A stretch of 57,610 nucleotides of DNA from a virus (IMGVR_UViG_3300047560_001024:1-57610), one strand, 5' to 3'. Numbered from the stretch's first letter, positions 36,598 to 47,739 are shown. Program-made: numbers and translations. Notes: generated by a model not told the origin, from the letters alone.

Positions 36598-38765
36598 TGG
36601 ATTTTAGAAGCCTATTACAATCAATGACTGAACTTTCTGAGTCAGAAGGTAGTCGAGTACACAAAGGTACTTACGGTACTAGTCACGGTAAAGAAGACGT
36701 TCGTGACCAATATGGACATAGAGTTGGCAAAGTAGACAAAGAAGCCGGCGCAAAAAAAGACGCACCTAAAAAGGGTCGCGGTCGTCCAAAGAAGGGCGCT
36801 GACGATTCAGGTGAAGTCAAACAATATGATACTAAAACATTGGGTTCAGTATTCGGCGGTGGACAAAAACCAAAAGGTGAAGTTGGTAAGAAGTCTGTTA
36901 AGCATTCTTTAAAAGAATACATTGAAGAAGTGCAAGACCAAACTCAACTAGATGAAGCGTTCGGTGCTCAACAACCTATTCAAGTTAAACCAGCAAGTCA
37001 AACAAATACTCAAGTTATCCAACGAGGTAACCAGACATTGGGTACAGTTAACAACCCACAATTGGCTGCTCAAATCAAGCAATCAATCGGTAAGGGTGAA
37101 ATGACGTTGAATCCTGATGAACAAATGGCTGAAGAAGACGAAGGCAAACCAGGAAAGAATTTCGCTAAGATTGCTAAATCAGCAGGTGCACATTATGGTT
37201 CTAAAGCTGCCGGTGAACGTGTAGCAGGTGCTGTTCGTAACAAATTGGCTGCTCAAGGTAAACTTGAAGAATCTGAAGGCCAAAAGTACTCTGTTGTTAA
37301 GAACGGTAAAGTTACAAAGAGTTTTGACTCAGTAGCAAAGGCTAAAGACTATGCTGCTAAGTTTGGTGGCACAATCAAAGACAACAATAAAAAGATTGAA
37401 GAAGCAGCTAAGCCAGACTTTTTAGACGTTGATAAAGACGACAACAAGAAAGAATCTTGGAAGAAAGCCGAAAAAGATAAAGCTAAGAAGAAAGTAGCTG
37501 AAGGTCGTGTACACGAAGATTCAGATTACACTTACGAAACAGTAGGTAGAATTCTAGCACGTGAGAAGCCAGGTATGGACTCTAGTTCAGATGACTTCTA
37601 TAGCGCAGTTTACCATGAACTAATTCAATTAGGCATGACTCCAAAGTCAGCTAACTCTTTGTTGAATTACAATGAAGATTTCATGGGTGATACTGCAACT
37701 GCATACGAGCACTATCAATCTAAACCAGGTTTAGATGAAGGTTCAATCGAAGACCACACACAACATGGTTTAGATGCAACTCCAAGTAAGTATGTTGCTG
37801 TTCCTGCAAAGCAAGAACCAACTCCATTCAGCGTTGATCCTATCCAAGCTACAACAGATAGAGCAATCAACTTTATCTCTGGCTTACGTAAGCCATCTAA
37901 TCCATTCTCAGAAAGTACAGATATGAAAGATATTCAATTAGAAAGCTGGGAGAACCAGTTAAACAGTTTATTAACAGAAGGTATCACTGTATCTTCTAGT
38001 ACAGGTCAACAAGGTTCACCTGATTCAGTTACAATCAGCGCAACTGATGCTGACGCAGGACAATTGTTAGGCGTATTGCGTAATGCAGGTATCGGTGTTT
38101 TCGGCGGTGACGAGAAGCCACAAATCGGTTACGGTGTAGCCCAAGGTGGCGAAGAAGAATTTGACGGTACAGGTACTGAGCCTCAAGCTGCTCCTGAAGT
38201 AGTAGGCGATGGTGATGATATGTTAGCTTTGATGAAGAAAATGGCTGGCATTGAAGACGGTGGTCAAGAACAAGGTGGTCAAGAACAAGGTGGTCAAGAG
38301 CAACCAGGTACTTTAGAGCCAACTCAAGGTGGTGACGAAGAAGGTCAAGACTATGAAGACGAAGAAACTTCAGGTGACACATCTTCTGACGAAGAAAGCG
38401 CCGACGAAGGCGATGACGAAGAAGAAGTAGATGAAGCAAATGACGGTAATTTAGCTAATAACGCTAAGCCATATGACAAAGTTACTCAAGGTGACGTAGT
38501 TGCTGGTCGTTTAGGCAAAGACGAAGAAGGTGGACATTCTGAGCATGACCACGAAGATACATGCGAATCATGTGGTCAAGCATCATGTGAGTGTGATGAG
38601 GGAAAAGTCGAAGAATCATTTGCTAATGAACCTCACGATGAAATCGCTCAACTAAAAGCCCTTTTGAGCATGGGTAATGACTTGAATAGACAAAAAAATA
38701 GTCAGGCAGTAGGCAATCCTGTACGTGCTGAAATCAGTGACTGGAAGAAGTTAAGCGGTATCTAA
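36597..38765 (+). CDS. large low-complexity acidic/basic protein, probable head core/internal protein
   Basis: 722 aa, recurrent hydrophobic-x-E followed by small residue; ends WKKLSGI; AT-hook-like KGRGRPKK. Confidence 0.65.
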   Translation: MDFRSLLQSMTELSESEGSRVHKGTYGTSHGKEDVRDQYGHRVGKVDKEAGAKKDAPKKGRGRPKKGADDSGEVKQYDTKTLGSVFGGGQKPKGEVGKKSVKHSLKEYIEEVQDQTQLDEAFGAQQPIQVKPASQTNTQVIQRGNQTLGTVNNPQLAAQIKQSIGKGEMTLNPDEQMAEEDEGKPGKNFAKIAKSAGAHYGSKAAGERVAGAVRNKLAAQGKLEESEGQKYSVVKNGKVTKSFDSVAKAKDYAAKFGGTIKDNNKKIEEAAKPDFLDVDKDDNKKESWKKAEKDKAKKKVAEGRVHEDSDYTYETVGRILAREKPGMDSSSDDFYSAVYHELIQLGMTPKSANSLLNYNEDFMGDTATAYEHYQSKPGLDEGSIEDHTQHGLDATPSKYVAVPAKQEPTPFSVDPIQATTDRAINFISGLRKPSNPFSESTDMKDIQLESWENQLNSLLTEGITVSSSTGQQGSPDSVTISATDADAGQLLGVLRNAGIGVFGGDEKPQIGYGVAQGGEEEFDGTGTEPQAAPEVVGDGDDMLALMKKMAGIEDGGQEQGGQEQGGQEQPGTLEPTQGGDEEGQDYEDEETSGDTSSDEESADEGDDEEEVDEANDGNLANNAKPYDKVTQGDVVAGRLGKDEEGGHSEHDHEDTCESCGQASCECDEGKVEESFANEPHDEIAQLKALLSMGNDLNRQKNSQAVGNPVRAEISDWKKLSGI
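38259..38303 (+). repeat. 15-nt in-frame tandem repeat (GGQEQ x3)
   Basis: GGTGGTCAAGA(A/G)CAA three times. Confidence 0.9.
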
Positions 38766-38782
38766 TAACAAAACCGTACTTG

Positions 38783-38812
38783 AAATAGCTCACTTCGGTG
38801 AGCTATTTTTTT
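38783..38812 (+). terminator. rho-independent terminator with cUUCGg loop
   Basis: AAATAGCTCAC-TTCG-GTGAGCTATTTTTTT. Confidence 0.92.
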
Positions 38813-38862
38813 GGGTTCCCGTATTTTACTCAACGATAAATACATAATAAGGTGTACTAGAA

Positions 38863-41800
38863 ATGTCTCAACAAAATATTAACACAGGTGCTTTTCCGAA
38901 TGACTCAGATGCGGATTCAATTCGTTCAGCGTTTGGTAAGGTTCAAAATAACTTCACAGAATTATACGGTGTAACACTATCAACTGGTGTTGTTAGTGCT
39001 TCTGCGGGTGCAGGTATCTCTGTTAACCGTACTACTGGTAACGTAACTATTAGTTCGTTAATGCCATCTATTACGATTCAGACTACGAACAACATGCAAG
39101 TTGGTGTAGGTACTGCTTCTGGAAGCACGGCTACTGTTAACGATACTAGAGCAAACGTTACCCCATTCGTTATCGGTCTAAAAGATTCAATTACATTGAC
39201 TAGTGTTGCCGCAACAAACTTGTCAGGTAGATTAACTGCAAACTCAGGCCAGCAGCCCAACATTACTAGTGTCGGTACATTATCTAGCTTAACTAGTTCA
39301 GGTAACATCACAGCACCATATTTCATCGGTAACATCGTAACTCCATCTATTACTGCTGTAACATATTCAGCACCAGGTTCAAACACACAAATAGTGTTTA
39401 ACAACCAGGGTAACATGTCAGCAAGTCAGAACTTGACATTTACTGGTAACGCACTAAACTTAACTGGAGCATTTACTGGTACTGGTAATATTACAACAAC
39501 TGCTAACGTTAACTCCGGTAACGCTCGTTTAGGTAACCGCGTTGATGCAAACTACTATTATGGTAACTTCATGGGCCCAGCTTTAACTGCAGGTCAAGTT
39601 ACAAGTTCAGCACAACCTAACATTACACAACTAGGTACACTAACATCACTTGATGTTCAGGGTACTATTACTGTACAGCAAATGACAGTTTTACAAGAAT
39701 TCGTTGCTGGTAACATTACTGGTAACTTGGTCGGTGGTAATATTACACCGCCTGGTGAAGATACTCAGATTCTTTTCAACGACGGCGGCGTGGCACAAGC
39801 TGTTGCGGGCTTTACTTTTAGTAAGTCAAGTAACTTATTGTCTATCTCAGGTAACGTTCAAGGTGCTAACTTAGTTTCACAAGGTGTTCTATCAGTTACT
39901 GGTAACGGTAACGTTGGTAACTTAGGAACATTGAACGTTGTTGCTACTGGTAACGTCAACGCTGGTAACATCGTATCACCTGGTTTACTAAACGTTCAAG
40001 GTAATGCTAACGTTGGTAACATTGGTACTGATGGTATCTTGTATGTAGGTGGTAACGCTAACTTAGGTAACGTAGGTACAACTAACATTCTTGCATCAGG
40101 AGATGTTCAGGGTGCTAACCTTATTGCTACTGGTAACTTACAAGGTGCTAACTTAATCACTCAAGGTATTCTCTCAGTTTTAGGTAATGCTAACGCTGGT
40201 AACATTGGTACTAGACATATAGAAGCAAGTGGTAACGCAAACATCAGCGGTATACTAAGAGTAACTGGTAACGCTAACGTCGGTAACATCGGTATTCGTC
40301 ACGTAGAAGCAACCGGAAATGCTAACGTTGCGGGTAGATTAAGTGTAACCGGTAACGCTAACGTAGGTAACATTGGTACTGGTGTCGTTTCTGCGACAGG
40401 TAATATCTCTGGTGCAAACTTATCTACTGGTGGAGTGTTATCAGTTTCTGGTAATGCAAACACTGGTAACGTGGGCACTCAACACATTGAAGCAACCGGT
40501 AATGCTAACATTGCTGGTGTAATTGTAGTAACTGGTAACGCCAACACAGGTAACTTAGGCACTACCCATATTGATGCAACCGGCAATGCTAATATTGCAG
40601 GTAGAATCGCAGTAACCGGTAACGCTAACACAGGTAACTTAGGTACTCAGCATATTGTTGCAACCGGCAATGCTAACATCAACGGCGCAGCTACTATTAC
40701 AGGTAACGCTAACATCGGTAACGTTGGTGTAACACACTTTGTTGCAACAGGAACCGCTAACGCAACACATTTTAACGCTAGTGGTAACATTGTTGCAGGT
40801 AACGTAACATCTAACGGTGCAATGAATATTGGTGGCAATCATAACGTCACATCTAACACCGCAGTCGGTGGTGCAGTTTCAATTGGTTCTAACTTAGTAA
40901 CAATCACCGCAACTAGTACAGGTGGTAATTCAACTATTACTTTTGCGGATCAAGGATACACTCCATTCGCTGTGGGCGCAACAATTACTGTTACTGGTGT
41001 CACACCATCAGGGTTCAACGGTACTAAAACTGTTCTTGCTGCAAATGCAACCTCAGTAACATTCGCAGGTTCAACATCAGGTCCTCAGGCAGTTGCAGGC
41101 AGAGTAGCCGGCGGCGGCAGCTTGACATTAGCCGGTGACCATTCTGTCGGTGGAAATGCAACTATCACTGGCGCAGCAACTATTTCTGGTAATGCTAATA
41201 CAGGTAACTTGGGTACTACGCATTTTGTAGCTAGTGGTAATGCTAACATTAGCGGTGTAATGTCAGTTACTGGTAATGCTAATACAGGTAACTTGGGTAC
41301 TACGCATTTTGTAGCTAGTGGTAACGCAAACATTTCTGGTGCAGCTACTATCACAGGCAATGCCAATACAGGTAACTTAGGTACAACTCATTTTGTCGCA
41401 ACTGGTAACGCAAACATTTCTGGTGCAGCTACTATTACAGGCAATGCCAATACAGGTAACTTAGGTACAACTCATTTTGTCGCAACTGGTAACGCAAACA
41501 TTTCTGGTGCAGCTACTATTACAGGCAACGCTAACGTCGGTAACGTAGGTACTACACATTTTGAAGCGTCAGGTAATGCTAACATTAGCGGTGTGATGAA
41601 AGTTACTGGTAATGCTAATACAGGTAACTTGGGTACTACGCACTTTGTCGCATCGGGTTCAGCACTTGTTTCAGGTAATCACACTGTTGGTTCAAATCAT
41701 TTTGTGACATCAAACACTGCGGTAGGTGGAGACCACTCAGTTGGTGCTAACCTATCTATTGTGACTGCTACCTCTAGTGCTACATCCGCAACATTAACAT

Positions 41801-43218
41801 ATACGGATCCTGGATTCGTTCCATTCACTGTAGGACAACGTATTACTATCAGCGGTGCAACCCCGTCTGCATGGAACGGTATTAACAAAGTAGTTACTGC
41901 GGCTAGTAACACATCAGTCACATATACTATCACCGGTGGCCCAATAGCATCAATGACTGTGTATGGCAAGATTATCGGTGGAGGTAACCTAACTATTGCA
42001 GGCGACCATGCTGTAGGTGGAAATCATACAGTAGGCGGAACACTATCAGTATCATCAAATGCAAATACAGGTAACTTAGGTACGCTTCATGTTGTGGCTA
42101 CTGGTAATATTTCAAGTGGAAATATTTCTACTGGTGGTGTGTTGAACGTTACAGGTAATGCTAACATTGGTAACGTAGGCATTCAACATATCGTTGCAAC
42201 TGGTTCTGCAAACATTTCAGGTAACGCAGCTATCGCCGGTAATCATAACGTAACTACAAATACTAACATTGGTGGATTGTTGAATATTGGTTCGAACATA
42301 GCAGTGACTACAGTTTCTTCTAATGCAACCGCAGCAATAATTAACTATCTTGACCAAGGTTACACACCGTTCACTGTTGGACAATCTGTTACTACCGCAG
42401 GATTTACTACATCAGCTTGGAACATGTCGGGTAAAACTGTTGCTAGTGCTAACTCAACACAAGTTGTTCTAACTATCACAGGTGGTCCACTAGCAACTGC
42501 ATCTGGTACTATTGGTAGAGTTACTGGCGGTGGTAACGTAAACGTGTTAGGTGACCACTCTGTTGGTGGCAATCATGTTGTTACTGCTAACGCAAACATC
42601 GGTGGTATCTTAAGTGTCGTTGGTAATATCAGTGGTGCAAACGTAACAGGTAATCATTATGGCAGCGGTGCAGCATTGACATCAATGAATGCAAGTAATA
42701 TTACATCAGGTACTATTTCTGCTAGTGTTATCCCTACACTAAACCAAAGCACAACTGGATATGCGGCTACTATTACTGCATCAGCACAACCTAACTTAAC
42801 GTCAGCAACTAACTTGACAAGTGTTGGTACATTAACTGCATTGAACGTTAATGGTAATATCTCGCACACTGGTTCTGAACTTAGTGTCGGTGGATATTTG
42901 TTGAGAAGTATCGGTGGTGGAATTGCTGCCGCAGGTACAACACTTGCGGCTGCTACTCAGTTAACTAAGGATATTAACATCGTTACTTCTGCAACGGCAA
43001 GTTCAGCAGACGGTGTTAAGTTGCCGGCAAGTGTAGGTATGACAGTTATCATCGTTAACACAACAGCGGCTACTATCAGAGTTTGGCCAAGTTCAGGCAC
43101 AGTCGCTATTGAAAACGTTACTGCTGGATCATCATATCCATTAGCCCCTGGTGCAAGACTAATGTTTATTTCAGCATCAACAACACAGTGGTATGCAATG
43201 ACAGGCGTGTACGCATAA
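38863..43218 (+). CDS. long tail fibre/adhesin protein
   Basis: INTGAFPND..ADSIRSAF.KV.NNFTELY anchor; many GNAN repeats; three repeated globular domains; GATAAATA 38835. Confidence 0.88.
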   Translation: MSQQNINTGAFPNDSDADSIRSAFGKVQNNFTELYGVTLSTGVVSASAGAGISVNRTTGNVTISSLMPSITIQTTNNMQVGVGTASGSTATVNDTRANVTPFVIGLKDSITLTSVAATNLSGRLTANSGQQPNITSVGTLSSLTSSGNITAPYFIGNIVTPSITAVTYSAPGSNTQIVFNNQGNMSASQNLTFTGNALNLTGAFTGTGNITTTANVNSGNARLGNRVDANYYYGNFMGPALTAGQVTSSAQPNITQLGTLTSLDVQGTITVQQMTVLQEFVAGNITGNLVGGNITPPGEDTQILFNDGGVAQAVAGFTFSKSSNLLSISGNVQGANLVSQGVLSVTGNGNVGNLGTLNVVATGNVNAGNIVSPGLLNVQGNANVGNIGTDGILYVGGNANLGNVGTTNILASGDVQGANLIATGNLQGANLITQGILSVLGNANAGNIGTRHIEASGNANISGILRVTGNANVGNIGIRHVEATGNANVAGRLSVTGNANVGNIGTGVVSATGNISGANLSTGGVLSVSGNANTGNVGTQHIEATGNANIAGVIVVTGNANTGNLGTTHIDATGNANIAGRIAVTGNANTGNLGTQHIVATGNANINGAATITGNANIGNVGVTHFVATGTANATHFNASGNIVAGNVTSNGAMNIGGNHNVTSNTAVGGAVSIGSNLVTITATSTGGNSTITFADQGYTPFAVGATITVTGVTPSGFNGTKTVLAANATSVTFAGSTSGPQAVAGRVAGGGSLTLAGDHSVGGNATITGAATISGNANTGNLGTTHFVASGNANISGVMSVTGNANTGNLGTTHFVASGNANISGAATITGNANTGNLGTTHFVATGNANISGAATITGNANTGNLGTTHFVATGNANISGAATITGNANVGNVGTTHFEASGNANISGVMKVTGNANTGNLGTTHFVASGSALVSGNHTVGSNHFVTSNTAVGGDHSVGANLSIVTATSSATSATLTYTDPGFVPFTVGQRITISGATPSAWNGINKVVTAASNTSVTYTITGGPIASMTVYGKIIGGGNLTIAGDHAVGGNHTVGGTLSVSSNANTGNLGTLHVVATGNISSGNISTGGVLNVTGNANIGNVGIQHIVATGSANISGNAAIAGNHNVTTNTNIGGLLNIGSNIAVTTVSSNATAAIINYLDQGYTPFTVGQSVTTAGFTTSAWNMSGKTVASANSTQVVLTITGGPLATASGTIGRVTGGGNVNVLGDHSVGGNHVVTANANIGGILSVVGNISGANVTGNHYGSGAALTSMNASNITSGTISASVIPTLNQSTTGYAATITASAQPNLTSATNLTSVGTLTALNVNGNISHTGSELSVGGYLLRSIGGGIAAAGTTLAAATQLTKDINIVTSATASSADGVKLPASVGMTVIIVNTTAATIRVWPSSGTVAIENVTAGSSYPLAPGARLMFISASTTQWYAMTGVYA
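41188..41660 (+). repeat. 84-nt (28 aa) tandem repeats in fibre gene
   Basis: 41320-41403 and 41404-41487 differ at one base; unit GNANISGAATITGNANTGNLGTTHFVAT. Confidence 0.9.
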
Positions 43219-43233
43219 TATTAAGGAGAAGTT

Positions 43234-43863
43234 ATGAGAGTAACAGTAGAATTATTACAGGCTTTATGCCCAAAGACAAAGCGTTCAGTATTAGAGTTAT
43301 ATGCTGAACCGCTACACGAAGTAGCAGAATACTACGACATGTATGATAATCCACATCGTATCGCTGGGTTCTTAGCGCAAGTTGCACACGAATCAGGTGG
43401 CTTTAACTTTGTTAAAGAAAACTTAAACTATGGTGCTAAAGGCTTGATGGGAACTTTTAAAAAGTATTTCCCAGATGAAGCAACTGCAAAAGCATACGAA
43501 CGTCAACCTGAGAAGATTGCTAATCGTGTTTATGCTAATCGTATGAATAACGGTGATGAAGCATCGGGTGATGGTTATCGTTTCTGCGGACGTGGTTTAA
43601 TTCAATTGACTGGACGTGCTAACTATACTAAGTTTGCAGAAGACTTGGGTATTTCTATTGAAGAAACTGTAGCATATTTAGAAACCCCTGCAGGGGCTGT
43701 TAGCTCTGCTGGTTGGTTCTGGGACAACAACAACTTGAATCAATATTGTGACAAGGATGATTTTGTAACATTGACAAAACGCATCAACGGCGGAACAATT
43801 GGTTTAGAAGATAGAAAACATCACTATCACTTAGTTTTAGATTTGCTACAACATCAAGGATAA
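43234..43863 (+). CDS. glycoside hydrolase family 19 endolysin
   Basis: FLAQVAHESGGF, ENLNY, GRGLIQLTGRANY, SAGWFW, TKRINGG. Confidence 0.93.
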   Translation: MRVTVELLQALCPKTKRSVLELYAEPLHEVAEYYDMYDNPHRIAGFLAQVAHESGGFNFVKENLNYGAKGLMGTFKKYFPDEATAKAYERQPEKIANRVYANRMNNGDEASGDGYRFCGRGLIQLTGRANYTKFAEDLGISIEETVAYLETPAGAVSSAGWFWDNNNLNQYCDKDDFVTLTKRINGGTIGLEDRKHHYHLVLDLLQHQG

Positions 43864-43865
43864 AC

Positions 43866-46019
43866 ATGGCTCAACCAGTTTGGTTAACTGATGCAGGTGA
43901 CTTAGGTTCTTACCCATCAAATAGTAGTATTAGCATTCAGTTACAGTCTGAGGCAGTAGCACCTGCAACTAATATAACATATACGTTAATTAGCGGTAGT
44001 TTACCTACTGGTCAGCTAAATGCATTATCATTGTCAACTAGTGGTCTTATATCAGGTTTACCTGCAATCTTGAACGTTGATACTAAGTTCGACTTCACGG
44101 TTAGAATCACAGATGAATTCAGTAACTTTAGAGATAGAACATTCTCAATCACTGTTGCGGGCATTCAAAAGCCTACGTTCACTACACCTAAGGGTCAGAT
44201 TCTAAACATTTTAGATAGTAAGTGGACTGAGTTCCAATTACAATATTCTAATCCATTGCATGAACAAGTCGAAGTCGTATTGACTTCAGGTATTTTGCCA
44301 CCGGGACTAGACATAACTTCATCGGGTGTGATTAGAGGATATGCTGAACCGCCTCTCAACGGTCGCATTCCTGTAATCAAGACATATGATTTTACAGTCG
44401 CAGTTAAGAGTTCTTTAGGCATCCATACATCTACCTATTCTATTACTGTTAGAAACCATAGATTTACACATCCGTTAAACACTAGACCACCTGTAATCTT
44501 AAATAGTAGACCATTAAAATTGCCTTTAGATGCGGCCGATCCTTACTTTGATTATTACTTGATTAATGAAGACACTATCTATGTAGATAGCGGAGCGTTC
44601 ATCACATTTAAGATTATTGGTAAGGACTTTGACGGTGGCGATTTTGTTTATGAATTCAACGAACTACCACTGGGGCTTGTGGGAGATACTAAAACAGGAT
44701 GGATTAGTGGAAGACCTATTCTATCATCAAAGGGTATCAGTAAGTACAAGTTCAATGTAAGAGTTACAAAAGCAGATAACCCTACTATATTCAGCGAATT
44801 CTCAGAATACTTCTTTGCAGTTCGTAAAGAAGTTGTTCAAGACATTGAATGGATTTCACCTAGTGATTTAGGTATTATTTATAACGGTACAATAAGCGAC
44901 TTATCCGTTACAGCTACGTCATCGTTGCCATTGCAATATCGTATAGTCGGTGGTGCATTGCCACCAAACTTATCATTATCAGACACTGGCCACATTATAG
45001 GAAGAACTCCATTTCAACCCAATGAAGCACTAACGAAGAACGGTGATAAGACTGAGTTTACTTTTGCAATTCAAGCATACAACACTGACTATAACATGTT
45101 GAATGGGACTAAGACATTTACTCTTACAATTCAACAGTATTACGACAAGCCATTAGAGAATGTTTACATCAAGGCAGCTCCTGGAGTCCCCCAACGTAAA
45201 TTATTAAAAGCATTCTTAAATGATGAAACTATCTTCCCTACTGAAATGTTATTCAGACCTGAAGATCCTTACTTTGGTAAGTCATCGGTAGTTTCGTTTG
45301 TTCATGTATACGGTTCTGTGGCAGCTAGTCTAGAAACATACTTGTCTGCTATGGGCAAGAATCATTCTGATTTAAACTTGTTGATCGGTGATGTTAAGAC
45401 TGCTATTGCTAAAGACAAAGACGGCAACATCTTGTATGAAGTTGTTTATTGTGATATCATAGATGATGCTGACACCTCTGACAAGAGTATCTTCTGGGAA
45501 GTACCTATCAGTAGAAACTTAGGTCCATATGATACAGGCGCAGGTGAAATTTTTACTAGTGATGTATTTGGTAACAAGTTTCACACTAGTTTATCACCTG
45601 GTACAGTTAGAACGTTATACCCACCAGGGTTAAAGAATATGAGAGCACAAGTTGCATCGGTGCTAGGTCAAAACTTAGACAGCAATGTTCTACCTAAATG
45701 GATGACTAGTCAACAAGTTGATGGATCAATTATCGGATACATCCCTGCTTGGGTTATTTGTTATACAATAGCAGGCGCATCTGAAACTATTAGAGATAAC
45801 ATTATAAACAACATTGCATTCCCATTGAATACGGTTGAATTCACTGTTGATAGATATATCATTGACAAGAGTGGTACATTCAATTGGAATCCATACATGA
45901 CTGCAATGCCAGGATGGACTGAATTGCCTAGTGCAAGTCCAACTCCTAGCCCACTAGACACTGATGATTTGGTAGTCGTGTTTCCTGAGAAAACGATTCT
46001 ACCCAAGAACACATACTAA
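43866..46019 (+). CDS. putative Ig-domain virion/baseplate protein
   Basis: repeated SGxLPxGLxLxxSGxIxG and FTVR/FTVA strands. Confidence 0.8.
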   Translation: MAQPVWLTDAGDLGSYPSNSSISIQLQSEAVAPATNITYTLISGSLPTGQLNALSLSTSGLISGLPAILNVDTKFDFTVRITDEFSNFRDRTFSITVAGIQKPTFTTPKGQILNILDSKWTEFQLQYSNPLHEQVEVVLTSGILPPGLDITSSGVIRGYAEPPLNGRIPVIKTYDFTVAVKSSLGIHTSTYSITVRNHRFTHPLNTRPPVILNSRPLKLPLDAADPYFDYYLINEDTIYVDSGAFITFKIIGKDFDGGDFVYEFNELPLGLVGDTKTGWISGRPILSSKGISKYKFNVRVTKADNPTIFSEFSEYFFAVRKEVVQDIEWISPSDLGIIYNGTISDLSVTATSSLPLQYRIVGGALPPNLSLSDTGHIIGRTPFQPNEALTKNGDKTEFTFAIQAYNTDYNMLNGTKTFTLTIQQYYDKPLENVYIKAAPGVPQRKLLKAFLNDETIFPTEMLFRPEDPYFGKSSVVSFVHVYGSVAASLETYLSAMGKNHSDLNLLIGDVKTAIAKDKDGNILYEVVYCDIIDDADTSDKSIFWEVPISRNLGPYDTGAGEIFTSDVFGNKFHTSLSPGTVRTLYPPGLKNMRAQVASVLGQNLDSNVLPKWMTSQQVDGSIIGYIPAWVICYTIAGASETIRDNIINNIAFPLNTVEFTVDRYIIDKSGTFNWNPYMTAMPGWTELPSASPTPSPLDTDDLVVVFPEKTILPKNTY

Positions 46020-46039
46020 ATACTTCACGGAAAAATACT

Positions 46040-46852
46040 ATGAGTGACATTAATACAAACGGCATGAACATCAATTACCCTGTTCCAGGAATTAACAATT
46101 CTTCACAGGGTTTCAGAGATAACTTTGGTTCAATAAAAAACAACCTAGACATTACTAAAGATGAACTTTCAGACTTACAATCCAAAGTCTTAGTTAAGAG
46201 CGCATTAAACGGTACTACACTTAACAACGATATGGCAGGTGGTCAAATCTCTAATGTTGAGACTAAAACGTATAGAAAAAGTTCATATCATTTGGGTAGC
46301 GCATTAGAAGGCGTTATTGTTATTGATGTGACTAAAGGTGATGTACAGTATGGAACAGTTTCTGGCCCAGTAACTATTTACTTTGACAATTGGCCAGCGA
46401 CAACTGGTAACAAAGTAGTTCAAACTGAAATTCAAATCAGACTAATTGTTGAAGAAGGCTCAGTTATTACATTCCCTCCATCAACACATGATACTGATAC
46501 TGGAGAGTTGTTAAGTGGCCCAACAGCAAGCACACAGCAACTAGAAAACTTCGGCTCACAATACCTTGCCCCGGGTGTATTTAGTAACCAAGTAGGTGTC
46601 CCCAACGGTGTATCATTGCTAGTTTATAATATCAGTTCTATTGATTGCGGAACTACACTTGATATCTACCCAGTTAACAGAAACCAAAAAGCAGGTGGAT
46701 TGCAATTACGCACAATTACTGATGCTGTGGGATTACCCGGTGATGGTCCAGGTACCATCTGCTCAGACGGACAATACTTGTATCTATGTGTAGGTAATTA
46801 TGACGGGGAATCTCCTATCTGGGGTAGAATGCCGTTATACGTCATTTCTTAA
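46040..46852 (+). CDS. virion structural protein
   Basis: YPVPGINNSSQGFRDNF coiled-coil anchor; terminal G..G.I..D..YLYLC....W motif; TAAATA 46017. Confidence 0.75.
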   Translation: MSDINTNGMNINYPVPGINNSSQGFRDNFGSIKNNLDITKDELSDLQSKVLVKSALNGTTLNNDMAGGQISNVETKTYRKSSYHLGSALEGVIVIDVTKGDVQYGTVSGPVTIYFDNWPATTGNKVVQTEIQIRLIVEEGSVITFPPSTHDTDTGELLSGPTASTQQLENFGSQYLAPGVFSNQVGVPNGVSLLVYNISSIDCGTTLDIYPVNRNQKAGGLQLRTITDAVGLPGDGPGTICSDGQYLYLCVGNYDGESPIWGRMPLYVIS

Positions 46853-46888
46853 AAAGTTTCCACTCGTTGCTGACTACTAAATATTTTC

Positions 46889-47128
46889 ATGCAACATCCC
46901 TTCATTGACAACACAGAACTAGCAAAGTTGAGTATAGACGAAATCGGTAAGAAGATTACCGATTTAACCGACAAATTAAACTTTGCATCCCGTAGCCGTA
47001 ACGCACCTATGGTCTATCAATTGCAGATGGTTTTAGAAAACTATCGTGCAGTATACTCTAGCAAAATGGATGAACTGTTTAAAAAGCAGAATTCTCAAAA
47101 TCAAATCAACATCGAAGGTTCAAAATGA
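46889..47128 (+). CDS. hypothetical late protein
   Basis: TAAATA 46878-46883, 5 nt before ATG. Confidence 0.75.
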   Translation: MQHPFIDNTELAKLSIDEIGKKITDLTDKLNFASRSRNAPMVYQLQMVLENYRAVYSSKMDELFKKQNSQNQINIEGSK

Positions 47129-47739
47129 CCGCTAGAGTAAGTACAAACTTAAACTTTTTAGCTGGCGCATACTTCGGCGGCTCTTTCTTTATGAATTCAT
47201 ATGATATTGATTTGACAATGAATATCGGTACTGAATCAGTCGAAGAACAAAATATTGCGTTAGAGCGAATCAAACACTTAGTTCACGAGGTATTAACAGA
47301 TGCAATCTTTGTTAATCAAGCCGAAACACAAGTAATTGAGAAGTATGTTAATGCAGATTTGAAGGTATGCACTTTACCAGAAGATCCATATGACCAAGTG
47401 ATTGGTATCATGCTTATGTTAAAAATAAACGCAATTGCCGAAGGTAGATTGCTACTGACTGACATCTCAATCTGTTCTGACCTAAGCGACAATGTAAGTT
47501 GTATGATTGAAGTCGAAGACAACATTGGCCCTTTTATGTCAGCCGGGTGGTGGAACGAATGCTCATGCAAAATCAATGATGTTAAGATTAAGAACGCATC
47601 AAAGAAAGTTGTCAAACTGGTTAAACATAAAACAGATTGGTCAGACATTTATTTGGCATGGGATAACAGTAAAGCCAAAGTACAAACGCCCAATTCTGAA
47701 GTACTGTTTGCTAGTTTCGACAACAAAACGGAAACATAA
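47125..47739 (+). CDS. hypothetical protein
   Basis: ATGA overlap; 204 aa. Confidence 0.75.
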   Translation: MTARVSTNLNFLAGAYFGGSFFMNSYDIDLTMNIGTESVEEQNIALERIKHLVHEVLTDAIFVNQAETQVIEKYVNADLKVCTLPEDPYDQVIGIMLMLKINAIAEGRLLLTDISICSDLSDNVSCMIEVEDNIGPFMSAGWWNECSCKINDVKIKNASKKVVKLVKHKTDWSDIYLAWDNSKAKVQTPNSEVLFASFDNKTET

